NCBI GenBank assembly: GCA_964230915.1
Contig: CAXRJY010000218.1
Span: 1-34,323 of the forward strand
Length of the DNA: 34,323 nt
Reading direction: 5' to 3'
DNA from: Candidatus Poseidoniaceae archaeon
GTDB taxonomy: Archaea; Thermoplasmatota; Poseidoniia; Poseidoniales; Poseidoniaceae
Below, one piece after another: positions 8,510 through 16,957 of this stretch; within the stretch, counting starts at the first letter, position 1; each line of letters starts with the position of its first letter. The notes under the pieces are model-generated. The model was not told where the DNA came from. It saw only the letters and a list, made by a program, of their open reading frames with translations, and ran no database searches. The position numbers and the translations under genes were made by a program.

Positions 8510-11500
8510 ATGAGGCAGCCGTTGCTACTTGTTGCCATCTTGGTTTTCAGCACGTCAGGGCTATCAGGAATATTGGTTGAAGATCCTATTTCAGTTCCAA
8601 TGGATTATGCTCATGAACCGATAATTCCTATGACTGTTGATTGGGATGTAGACAGTGATGGAGACGGAGTTCCTGATGTCAATGATTCCCATCCATATAA
8701 ACTAGCATTGGCTCAACACATAGTAGGAGGCGCTCCTATCGAAGAGTGGAATACGACTCCATCCCATACATTGAATGTTTCAAAATTACAAGGCCATAGC
8801 GAATTTCTAACAAGTATGGTTTGGGGAGATCTGGATAATGACGGGGATGCTGATTTACTTTATCCAACGGCTGATGGCCGAAATCGGATATTCAAAAACG
8901 ATGGTAATGGTAATTTGCAAACACATTGGATAGAACCGACGAATTATGCATGGACTTGGGGTGCGGAATTAGTTGATATAAATCAAGATGGTTGGTTAGA
9001 TGTAATATTCTCAAATTGGAATAGTGATGGTCAATGCACGGGAACAAATTACGTTTGTGGATACATGCTCTTCAATAACAATGGCTCATTCAATAGTACA
9101 GGTGATTGGAATAAAACAGGAACAGTATACAATCTTGGCATGGGAACTGGGGATTTTGATGGAGATAATGATGTTGACATAATTTTTGCAGCCGATGCCG
9201 ATGAAATATTTTACAATGACAATGGCCAACTTGAAACTAACCATACTTGGAAAGAGACTTCAAATCGAATATACGGCGCTCTTGGTTGGAGTTATGGTTA
9301 TTCTACAACATTTGATGTCGAATCAGCAGATTTTGATAGAGACGGCGACATAGACATCATTCAAGCCAATGGTTGGCTGAATGATTATAGTCAACTAGAA
9401 GCTCATAATATGATTTGGAGCAATAATGGGAATGGAACATTTGGTAATTTCAATAGCACAGGTAGTGAAATCGCAAGTTGGGCTACCTGGCAGGCCAATG
9501 TCACTTCCGATATCGAACTGGCCGACATCGATGGAGACGGATATACTGATATTATTGCAGCAAACAATTGGCGGTGGAATCAACAAATGGGATATCGTTG
9601 GAATGCTATAAATCATATCTATATGAACAACAATGGTTCATTTGATAGAAATACAAGTTGGTCATCTGCTTTGTACAGGCCTTCATCTGCAGTCGCAGTG
9701 GGAGATCTTGACATGGATGGTGATCCGGATCTTGTTTTTGCCAATGGGTGGCCAGAAGAAGTAAATGAACAAGGGGCTTGGATACAAGGAAGAAATCGGT
9801 CTGATAACGTCTATACCAATAATAATGGAACCATCAGTTCTCTACCAACATGGCATAATAGAAACGAAACCACATCAGATGTTGAATTTGTTGATTATGA
9901 TGGAGACAAGGATCTAGACATGGTATTTGCTCGGCACATATATGAAAATAGTACAGGTGACGATATAATAAATCATTACAATATTCTCGAATTCTACGAG
10001 AACCCTTGGTCCAATGTAGACAAAGATGATTGGGGGGATGATGATGATGATTGTCCAAACGTCGCAGGTAATTCCACCGAGGATAGAACCGGATGTCCAG
10101 ATACTGATGGAGATGGCTGGTCTGATGCTGATTCTTCGTGGACACTTTCCCATGGAGCGGATGCTTATCCCTTGGATTATACTCAGCATGCAGATGGAGA
10201 TGGTGATGGATACGGTAACAACCCTGCTGGCTTTGAAGGGGATGATTGTCCATTGTCTTGGGGCAATTCCAGTGAAGGAGGAGTGCTTGGTTGTGATGAC
10301 ACGGATGGTGATAACTGGGCCAATATCATCGATTGGGCTCCATCCGACAAGAGTCAATGGATAGATGCAGATGGTGATGACTGGGGCGATAATCCCGACG
10401 GTACAGATGGAGACGATTGTCCAGCAGCATGGGGTAACTCAACCCAGGGGGGAGTTCTAGGTTGTCCAGATACAGACGGCGATGCCTGGGCTGATATTGT
10501 AGATTGGTCAGCAAGTGATCCAAGTCAATGGATAGATGAAGATCAAGACGGTTACGGAGATGAAACTGATGGTACTGATGGCGATGATTGTCCAGGTGTG
10601 CAAGGTTTCTCCAGTGAAGATGGAATACTGGGCTGTCCAGATATTGATGGCGACGGCTGGGCTGACGCGGTCGATTGGGATGCTAATGATTCCAGTCAAT
10701 GGGTAGATCTTGATGAAGATGGATATGGTGATGAAACCGAGGGTACGGATGGAGATGACTGTCCGGGGGTATGGGGTAACTCTACTCAAGGTGAAGTTTT
10801 AGGTTGCACAGATAGTGACGGTGACGGCTGGGCAGATTCGATAGATATCTTCCCTGATGAAATCACTCAATGGGCAGATTATGATAATGATGGGTTTGGG
10901 GACAATCCTGATGGCTTTCAAGCAGATGCGTGCGTTGACAATGCTGGGACTTCAACAATTGATAGATTTGGTTGCAAGGATTATGATTCAGATGGAGTCA
11001 GCAATGAGAATGATCCAGATGAATGGGATCCAAATTTACGCATTGATGAAGATGACGACCGAGTTGATGACAGTGAAGACAACTGTCTTGGAATATCTAA
11101 CCCAGCAGATATGATGACACAATTACAAGCAGACCATGATGATGACGGAGAAGGAGATGCTTGTGATGATGATGGGGATGATGACGGAAAACTGAATGTG
11201 AATGATGGATGCATGTATGGAGTCTTGGATTGGGTCAGTGATAGTGAAAATGACTACGATGATGATGGCTGCAGAGATTTTGACGAAGATCTAGACGATG
11301 ATGGTGACACGATTCAAGATGGAATGGATCAATGTTCAGCAGCAGCAGGCAGTCTTCTGAACTGGCTTTCCAATAACTCATCTGATTATGATATGGATGG
11401 TTGTAATGATGAGATTGAAGACCAAGATGATGACAATGACGGCATCTTAGATTCGGCCCCCGACATCTGTCCAAAAGGCCCCATCGGCTGGCATTCCACT

Positions 11501-12160
11501 CCTACCACAGATTCCAATGCAGATGGTTGCGAAGATATCATTGGCGATTTAGATGGTGACGGCGTCTCGGATGATGATGATGATTGCCCAAATACTCCAG
11601 GGGGAATTGAAGTAGATATCAATGGCTGCACGCGTATTTCAGGTGGTGGCCAAAACAATTCTGATACCAAGGACGAAACAATAGAAGATGTTGATTTCAT
11701 GTCAGCATTAGCACAAGGCGATTTGGATGCCTTGGGAATAGTCCTCGGTATTTCCTTGCCAGTATTGGGTATCATTCTAACAATCGCTATACGATTCCAA
11801 CGTCGAGCCTATCTTAGAAGAGTCACTCGATTGATAAAACAAGCAGGCAGCATCATTCAAATCAATGAAGCACGCTCATTATTGAAGAAATCTGTTAACG
11901 ATGATCGTTTGTCTCAAGCCCAATACAACCTACTGATGGAAGAATTGAACAGCAGGGAGATTGAAGTCAGCGAATCAGGTGAAGATGAGAGAACCAGTAC
12001 TGACTGGAACAAGGCAGTGGCAGAAGAACTCGGCGACACATCATACAAAACTGATGAGTACGGCACTGAATGGTGGGAAGATGAAGCAGGTATTCATTGG
12101 TACAGAGAAAAGGGACATACCTCTTGGCATAAATGGGATGAATCGATGCGCAAGAATTGA
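8510..12160 (+). CDS. Giant surface protein: signal peptide, seven FG-GAP (integrin-alpha-like) Ca-binding blades, Cys-containing TSP3-like acidic repeats, C-terminal TM anchor and cytoplasmic tail
   Basis: There are seven DxDxDGxxD blade motifs: WGDLDNDGDADLLY, LVDINQDGWLDVIFSN, TGDFDGDNDVDIIFAA, SADFDRDGDIDIIQAN, LADIDGDGYTDIIAAN, VGDLDMDGDPDLVFAN, FVDYDGDKDLDMVFAR. These are followed by repeated 'DDCP..WGNS..G.LGC.DTDGDGWAD..DW...D.SQW.D.D.DGYGD' units. A TM helix 'LGIVLGISLPVLGIILTIAI' and an RFQRR stop-transfer follow, then a ~120-aa tail. Confidence 0.85.
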   Translation: MRQPLLLVAILVFSTSGLSGILVEDPISVPMDYAHEPIIPMTVDWDVDSDGDGVPDVNDSHPYKLALAQHIVGGAPIEEWNTTPSHTLNVSKLQGHSEFLTSMVWGDLDNDGDADLLYPTADGRNRIFKNDGNGNLQTHWIEPTNYAWTWGAELVDINQDGWLDVIFSNWNSDGQCTGTNYVCGYMLFNNNGSFNSTGDWNKTGTVYNLGMGTGDFDGDNDVDIIFAADADEIFYNDNGQLETNHTWKETSNRIYGALGWSYGYSTTFDVESADFDRDGDIDIIQANGWLNDYSQLEAHNMIWSNNGNGTFGNFNSTGSEIASWATWQANVTSDIELADIDGDGYTDIIAANNWRWNQQMGYRWNAINHIYMNNNGSFDRNTSWSSALYRPSSAVAVGDLDMDGDPDLVFANGWPEEVNEQGAWIQGRNRSDNVYTNNNGTISSLPTWHNRNETTSDVEFVDYDGDKDLDMVFARHIYENSTGDDIINHYNILEFYENPWSNVDKDDWGDDDDDCPNVAGNSTEDRTGCPDTDGDGWSDADSSWTLSHGADAYPLDYTQHADGDGDGYGNNPAGFEGDDCPLSWGNSSEGGVLGCDDTDGDNWANIIDWAPSDKSQWIDADGDDWGDNPDGTDGDDCPAAWGNSTQGGVLGCPDTDGDAWADIVDWSASDPSQWIDEDQDGYGDETDGTDGDDCPGVQGFSSEDGILGCPDIDGDGWADAVDWDANDSSQWVDLDEDGYGDETEGTDGDDCPGVWGNSTQGEVLGCTDSDGDGWADSIDIFPDEITQWADYDNDGFGDNPDGFQADACVDNAGTSTIDRFGCKDYDSDGVSNENDPDEWDPNLRIDEDDDRVDDSEDNCLGISNPADMMTQLQADHDDDGEGDACDDDGDDDGKLNVNDGCMYGVLDWVSDSENDYDDDGCRDFDEDLDDDGDTIQDGMDQCSAAAGSLLNWLSNNSSDYDMDGCNDEIEDQDDDNDGILDSAPDICPKGPIGWHSTPTTDSNADGCEDIIGDLDGDGVSDDDDDCPNTPGGIEVDINGCTRISGGGQNNSDTKDETIEDVDFMSALAQGDLDALGIVLGISLPVLGIILTIAIRFQRRAYLRRVTRLIKQAGSIIQINEARSLLKKSVNDDRLSQAQYNLLMEELNSREIEVSESGEDERTSTDWNKAVAEELGDTSYKTDEYGTEWWEDEAGIHWYREKGHTSWHKWDESMRKN
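10046..10924 (+). repeat. In-frame tandem array inside the surface-protein gene: four 171-nt (57-aa) units preceded by one longer degenerate unit
   Basis: Unit starts (GAT/GAC GAT/GAC TGT CC.) fall at 10046 (195-nt unit), 10241, 10412, 10583 and 10754. A degenerate continuation starts at 10925. The spacing is exactly 171 nt for the four central units. Confidence 0.85.
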
Positions 12161-12173
12161 ATGAAAGTATCAA

Positions 12174-12533
12174 ATGAAAGAATCATCAGAGAAAACCGGA
12201 GAGGTATCTATGGCTGTAGAAGAGGAGTCGGAAATGACTCTTAAGCAGATATTTGCTTCTGGGGATGTTGGCGCAATTTCGATGACAATAATTCTTGGCA
12301 TCTTGTTATTCGTAGTGTTTGGAGTGATGATATGGAAAATAGTCCAACAACGTAGATTGTTAAGCCTCATCGGCCAAATAGATCGAGTCAAGAACCGAAA
12401 AGATGTGCGAGAAGTCACGATGCGTATGAAGAAAGCCGATGGGAGTTATGCTGACCAATATCAAATGGAAACCCTTACAGAACGTCTAGCAGAACTTGAA
12501 CAGATTATTGAGGACAAACTCTCATTCGGTTGA
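12174..12533 (+). CDS. Small single-pass membrane protein, function unknown
   Basis: 119-aa ORF starting 13 nt after the surface-protein stop. It has an acidic N-terminus, one TM helix 'AISMTIILGILLFVVFGVMIW' and a charged helical C-terminus. I recognise no family. Confidence 0.5.
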   Translation: MKESSEKTGEVSMAVEEESEMTLKQIFASGDVGAISMTIILGILLFVVFGVMIWKIVQQRRLLSLIGQIDRVKNRKDVREVTMRMKKADGSYADQYQMETLTERLAELEQIIEDKLSFG

Positions 12534-12593
12534 TTATATTTGTAAAACACCTGAACCACGGGCCCTTAATATGGGGAACATATCCGAGTATTC

Positions 12594-14954
12594 ATGATGC
12601 AGAGTAAAACGCCCATCTCCAGAATCGGTTTAATCACCGCAATAATACTGTCATTATCACTGTCTGGTTGCCTTGGAGTGATTGACGATGTGGTGAATGA
12701 AACGCCGATGGACGATGCAATCGATATTACTGATACGATCATTGACATCCCCACTGGATGGGACATAATCCCGCCCCGTACGCCGACTTCACCAAACCTT
12801 ACGCCATTTACTGATTGTGAAGAATTGGAAACTAAACTCAAAGAAACCGTTCTTGAAGAAGCCAGAGTCCAACTTCTTCAAGCAGTTGAGCAGGAGTATT
12901 ACTGGGGCTGGGGTTGGGCTGAAGATGATGCTATGATGGAAATGGATGGAGGAACAGCAGATAGTGGCGCTCCTGCTGCAGGTCAAGGGCAAGACCAGAG
13001 CCAAACACAACGAAATGAAGGAGAAGACTTCTCAGGAACAAATAATCAAGAAGATGGAGTTGATGAAGCAGATTTCATCAAGACTGATGGCTTCTATATC
13101 TACATTCTCGATGATGGAATTTTGACTATTCTTGGCGTTCCAGAATTTGGGCAAATCACATTTGAATCTGAGATGGAGGTTGAAGGAACTGTTCGAGAAA
13201 TGATGCTGGATGGTGATAGGTTAGTACTACTTTCAACTGTCAGCGGATGGCATCTTGAAGATGGTGACCCATTGAAGCCCTTGATCATGGATGATGAAGT
13301 GGATTATTGGTGGCGCTCCGATACTTTGACAAAATTCACAGTCGTTGATATCAGCAATCGTTCAGCGCCGGAAATTGCACGTGAATTATACATCGAGGGA
13401 TATTACATGACAGCCCGCGAAGTGGATGGCACAGTTCGTATGGTCAACCACGGGTGGATGAATATTCCAGGAATTCAGACGTGGTTGGAATATACAGATG
13501 ATTATTGGCGGCTAGATTGGGACGACCCAACTCGTGAGATTTTGAGAGAGCAGGCTGCTTGGCAAGCGATGCAGAAGAATGAGCGAGCAATGGAAAATAT
13601 CACACTCTCAGATTTTGTACCCCAAGTGTATGAACGCAATGGCGGAGCCATTACTTCTCACCTCATGACCGATGAAGGGTGCAATGATTTCATCACCAGT
13701 GAAGATGGTATGAGTCGTGGGATCACTTCAATCATGACGTTGGACCTACAAAGCGACGATTTCACTTTCGAAGCAGACCATTTGATCAGCAACTGGCCAA
13801 CTGTTTATGCCAGTAATGATGTCATGCTGATAGTGGAACAGGCACAGGATTGGTGGTGGTTCTGGGGTAATGATGAATTGGATGAAACCACTAATATTCA
13901 CAGTTTCGATATCGCTGAAAATGGTCAGACGACATATGCTGGAAGCGGGCGAATCAATGGAACCGTTCTCGACCAATTCTGTCTTTCAGAATACCAAGGA
14001 GACATTAGAGTAGCCAGCACCACTGGGCAATGGAACAGATGGTGGATGGCAGATCCGGAACCCATGGAGAACCACGTATTCATCCTTGAACAGACCCAGG
14101 ACAGCTCAGGAAATGCAACATTGGAGCAGGTAGGACATCTTGGTGGAATCGCTGAGAATGAACGCATCTGGAGTGCACGTTTTGTTGGAGAAATGGCTTA
14201 CATTGTTACCTTTGAGCAGATAGATCCACTTTGGGTCATAGACCTTTCAGATTCATCATCTCCAACCATTCTAGGTGAACTTGAGGTACCGGGTGTTTCA
14301 ACCTATATCCACCCCCTTGGAGGAGGGCACCTCCTCACTATTGGTATTGGACCAGCCAATGATGATGGCACAGGTCTAGACTGGTCAAAGACACAACTTT
14401 CCTTGTTCAACGCTTCTGATGCAACAGCCCCATCTCTCGAGAGTGTTGTTGGATTAAGCCCGGTCATCGACGCCACCGATGGTTGGTCGTGGGGATATTC
14501 AGAAGCAACATACGAGCACAAAGCCTTCCAATACTGGGCTCCAAAGGAAATGCTGGCAGTACCGATGACAACTTATCGATACAAGTCCTGGTATGATGCT
14601 AATGGCGATTATCAGTGGAAATACAATTGGGTATCTAAACTCATGATAATCAACGTCTCTGCTGGTGAGAACCTGACAGTTCATGGCGAAGTTGACCATT
14701 CTGAATTCTATACTGGCAGTCATTACTGGTGGGATAGTACAAGCATTCGCCGTTCGATTTTCATGGGTGATTACATCTATGCAATTTCTCATGCGGGAAT
14801 AACGGTGACTAACTTGACTACAATGGAAACAGTTGATTCTCTTGTGCTGAATGAGGCTGTTGATGATTACTACTACTATGGTGAAGGCGATGGAGTATCA
14901 GAAGGTAGCACCTCATCCGATCCTGACGAGGAAACCAAGGCTGATGACTCTTAG
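12594..14954 (+). CDS. Secreted beta-propeller-domain protein (PF09826-like), predicted lipoprotein
   Basis: 'TNNQEDGVDEADFIKTDGFYIYIL' and 'RFVGEMAYIVTFEQIDPLWVIDLSDSSSPTILGELEVPGVSTYIHPL' match my memory of the beta-propeller domain family of secreted archaeal and bacterial proteins. The N-terminus MMQSKTPISRIGLITAIILSLSLSGC is a signal peptide plus lipobox. Confidence 0.7.
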   Translation: MMQSKTPISRIGLITAIILSLSLSGCLGVIDDVVNETPMDDAIDITDTIIDIPTGWDIIPPRTPTSPNLTPFTDCEELETKLKETVLEEARVQLLQAVEQEYYWGWGWAEDDAMMEMDGGTADSGAPAAGQGQDQSQTQRNEGEDFSGTNNQEDGVDEADFIKTDGFYIYILDDGILTILGVPEFGQITFESEMEVEGTVREMMLDGDRLVLLSTVSGWHLEDGDPLKPLIMDDEVDYWWRSDTLTKFTVVDISNRSAPEIARELYIEGYYMTAREVDGTVRMVNHGWMNIPGIQTWLEYTDDYWRLDWDDPTREILREQAAWQAMQKNERAMENITLSDFVPQVYERNGGAITSHLMTDEGCNDFITSEDGMSRGITSIMTLDLQSDDFTFEADHLISNWPTVYASNDVMLIVEQAQDWWWFWGNDELDETTNIHSFDIAENGQTTYAGSGRINGTVLDQFCLSEYQGDIRVASTTGQWNRWWMADPEPMENHVFILEQTQDSSGNATLEQVGHLGGIAENERIWSARFVGEMAYIVTFEQIDPLWVIDLSDSSSPTILGELEVPGVSTYIHPLGGGHLLTIGIGPANDDGTGLDWSKTQLSLFNASDATAPSLESVVGLSPVIDATDGWSWGYSEATYEHKAFQYWAPKEMLAVPMTTYRYKSWYDANGDYQWKYNWVSKLMIINVSAGENLTVHGEVDHSEFYTGSHYWWDSTSIRRSIFMGDYIYAISHAGITVTNLTTMETVDSLVLNEAVDDYYYYGEGDGVSEGSTSSDPDEETKADDS

Positions 14955-14995
14955 TCCGGCAAAAGGTACAACACCCCCCTCTCTGTATTTGTACC

Positions 14996-15859
14996 GTGAT
15001 AGACAGACTCTTGTTGGTCATTGCATGCGTCATTGGCGCGGAGATTCTCGTCATCTTGCTCAGATATGCGTGGCTATGGTGGACGCGAGTCAGACCGAGA
15101 GTACCAGAACTGGACCGTAAGTGGTGGAGTGATTGTGCTGAGTTAGGGCATGCCGAAATGGACGGCGACATCATCAAGATAGGGAATGTCAGAGATTTTA
15201 CTTGGCGGAGTTCAAGGGACCACGATGTGAAATGGGTGTCAAAGGATGTTGATGCCACCAAGATCAAGGATGTCTGGTTCATAATCGATCATTTCCATCG
15301 ACTTCGTGCTTTGGCACACACTATGATAAGTTTTGAATTTGAAGATGGAGAAGTGTTGACATTCTCTTTTGAAACTAGGAGGCCATTGGGGGAAAAGTAC
15401 CATCCATGGGATGGTATGTGGAGATCTTTCGAACTATACCTTCTAGTTGCTACAGAAAGAGATGCTCTTCATCTACGGACCAATGTCAGAAGACACAAGG
15501 TACACATGTATCGCGTCCAGCACCCTGAAGGAAAAGACAAGGCACTTCTCATTCAATTATGCAAACGTGTCAATGAATTGAAAGGTAGGCCAGAGTGGTA
15601 TCACACCCTTTCGGCATCCTGTACTACAACAATAGTTTCTCAAGTGAACAAAGTGACTCCCGGCCGTATTCCTTTCACATGGAGGGCCCTTCTTCCAGGT
15701 CATGCGGCAAGAGCAGCATTCAAACTTGGATTGGTAGAGGATTGGGGGGGTTATGATGAAACGCTTCAACAGAGCAGAATTGACCTGAAAGCACAATCCT
15801 GGAATGGCGAAAGTGACTATAGTGAATACATCAGAGAATCACTCCCCCCGTCACCTTGA
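14996..15859 (+). CDS. DUF4105 (Lnb N-terminal-like) domain membrane-anchored protein
   Basis: GTG start with no upstream ATG in the ORF. N-terminal TM helix 'LLLVIACVIGAEILVILL'. 'AHTMISFEFEDGEVLTFSFETRRPLGEKY', 'FELYLLVATERDALHLRTNVR', 'VHMYRV' and 'SCTTTIV' fit my recollection of DUF4105 conserved blocks. Confidence 0.55.
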   Translation: MIDRLLLVIACVIGAEILVILLRYAWLWWTRVRPRVPELDRKWWSDCAELGHAEMDGDIIKIGNVRDFTWRSSRDHDVKWVSKDVDATKIKDVWFIIDHFHRLRALAHTMISFEFEDGEVLTFSFETRRPLGEKYHPWDGMWRSFELYLLVATERDALHLRTNVRRHKVHMYRVQHPEGKDKALLIQLCKRVNELKGRPEWYHTLSASCTTTIVSQVNKVTPGRIPFTWRALLPGHAARAAFKLGLVEDWGGYDETLQQSRIDLKAQSWNGESDYSEYIRESLPPSP

Positions 15860-16001
15860 GTAAGATGATTATTGATGATTTGATAATCTAATCAACAGAT
15901 AAGAAATCATCATTACTTGCACTTTTCATTCTATATCATTGGACCGTCGCGATTATACAGGTTTGGCTTGAGCCCAATACGGGCCTGTCCAGAGAGGGAA
16001 G

Positions 16002-16949
16002 ATGATGCGCACCGCAATTCTTGTCATTGGATTCAAGCGCTTACATTATTTTGAACAGACTCTTGAGAGTCTAGAGAGATGTCCTGAGAGCCAGACTTTG
16101 GATTTCCATTTCTATCTAGATGGGGGCAAAAAATCCAGGCAAGAAGAATTGAAACAGATGATTGATGCATCATCAATCAAATCAAAACACATAGTATGTA
16201 GAGAATCAAATTATGGAATCGGCCGTCATTTGATCGGTGCACGAAGAGATTTATTCGATGGTTTAGGTTATGACCGTTTGATTCTTTTTGAAGATGACAT
16301 GATATTGTCGCCGACTTATATCACCACAGTTTTGAGATTAAGTGATTGGGCACATCAGTATGACAATGTTGGTACAGTGATGGGTTATAATTTGAATAAT
16401 ACAGACAAAGAAACACAGCGAAAGGACATCCCCAAAGTAATAGCTACAAATCGACACTTTTGGGGATATTGTATTACCCGCAAGGTTTGGGATGACATCA
16501 AGCATGTCCTTTATGCATATGAGGAAGAATATCTCGATGGAGTGCCATATCAAAAGAGGAACCACAAGCGAATCCGCCGTAAATTCATGCACCACTGGAT
16601 GAATCAGGAACGACGTAAATATTCAGGAGATATACTCGAGATTCCAGAGGAAGCCATCACTCCACCCTTTGCTAATGACAAACAGAACAAGAGTACCCCA
16701 ACAAGTCAAGATGCAATGACTGCTTTGGGGCTTTGGAATGGGGGATATGCTAGATTGACTACCTTGGTACCTCGAGCCAGATATATTGGAATACAGGGCT
16801 TTTCTTTTTCTCCAAGGGTGTATAGAAAGCAAGGATTTGACACCCAAATCACTTTCGAATTCGTTGATGAGGATATGGCTCTAGAAGAGTTTGAACTTCA
16901 TGTCAAGGATGAAGATGGGAATTGGATACGGCCCACAATGTACGAGTGA
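16002..16949 (+). CDS. GT-A fold glycosyltransferase, GnT-I/GT13-like (tentative)
   Basis: 'AILVIGFKRLHYFEQTLESL' (Rossmann-like start), 'YGIGRHLIGARRDLFDGLGYDRLILFEDDMILSPTYI' with an EDD (DxD-type) motif. The layout is reminiscent of N-acetylglucosaminyltransferase I-type enzymes. The family assignment rests on memory only. Confidence 0.45.
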   Translation: MMRTAILVIGFKRLHYFEQTLESLERCPESQTLDFHFYLDGGKKSRQEELKQMIDASSIKSKHIVCRESNYGIGRHLIGARRDLFDGLGYDRLILFEDDMILSPTYITTVLRLSDWAHQYDNVGTVMGYNLNNTDKETQRKDIPKVIATNRHFWGYCITRKVWDDIKHVLYAYEEEYLDGVPYQKRNHKRIRRKFMHHWMNQERRKYSGDILEIPEEAITPPFANDKQNKSTPTSQDAMTALGLWNGGYARLTTLVPRARYIGIQGFSFSPRVYRKQGFDTQITFEFVDEDMALEEFELHVKDEDGNWIRPTMYE

Positions 16950-16957
16950 GTGATTCA

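Noticed and set aside
9834-10789. Several 65-147-aa ORFs on both strands inside the acidic repeat region (9834-10253, 9914-10357, 10026-10364, 10326-10523, 10508-10789).
   Set aside because: They lie wholly within the 1216-aa surface-protein frame. Their His/Ile-rich, low-complexity translations are what GAT/GAC-rich repeats give in the wrong frames. No independent start context is visible.
15860-16001. AT-rich 142-nt spacer with a TGATGATTT ... AAATCATCA inverted repeat, considered as a small RNA or mobile-element end.
   Set aside because: It is a single 9-bp stem with a ~22-nt loop and no second copy elsewhere that I could see. This is most simply a terminator/promoter spacer between two transcription units.
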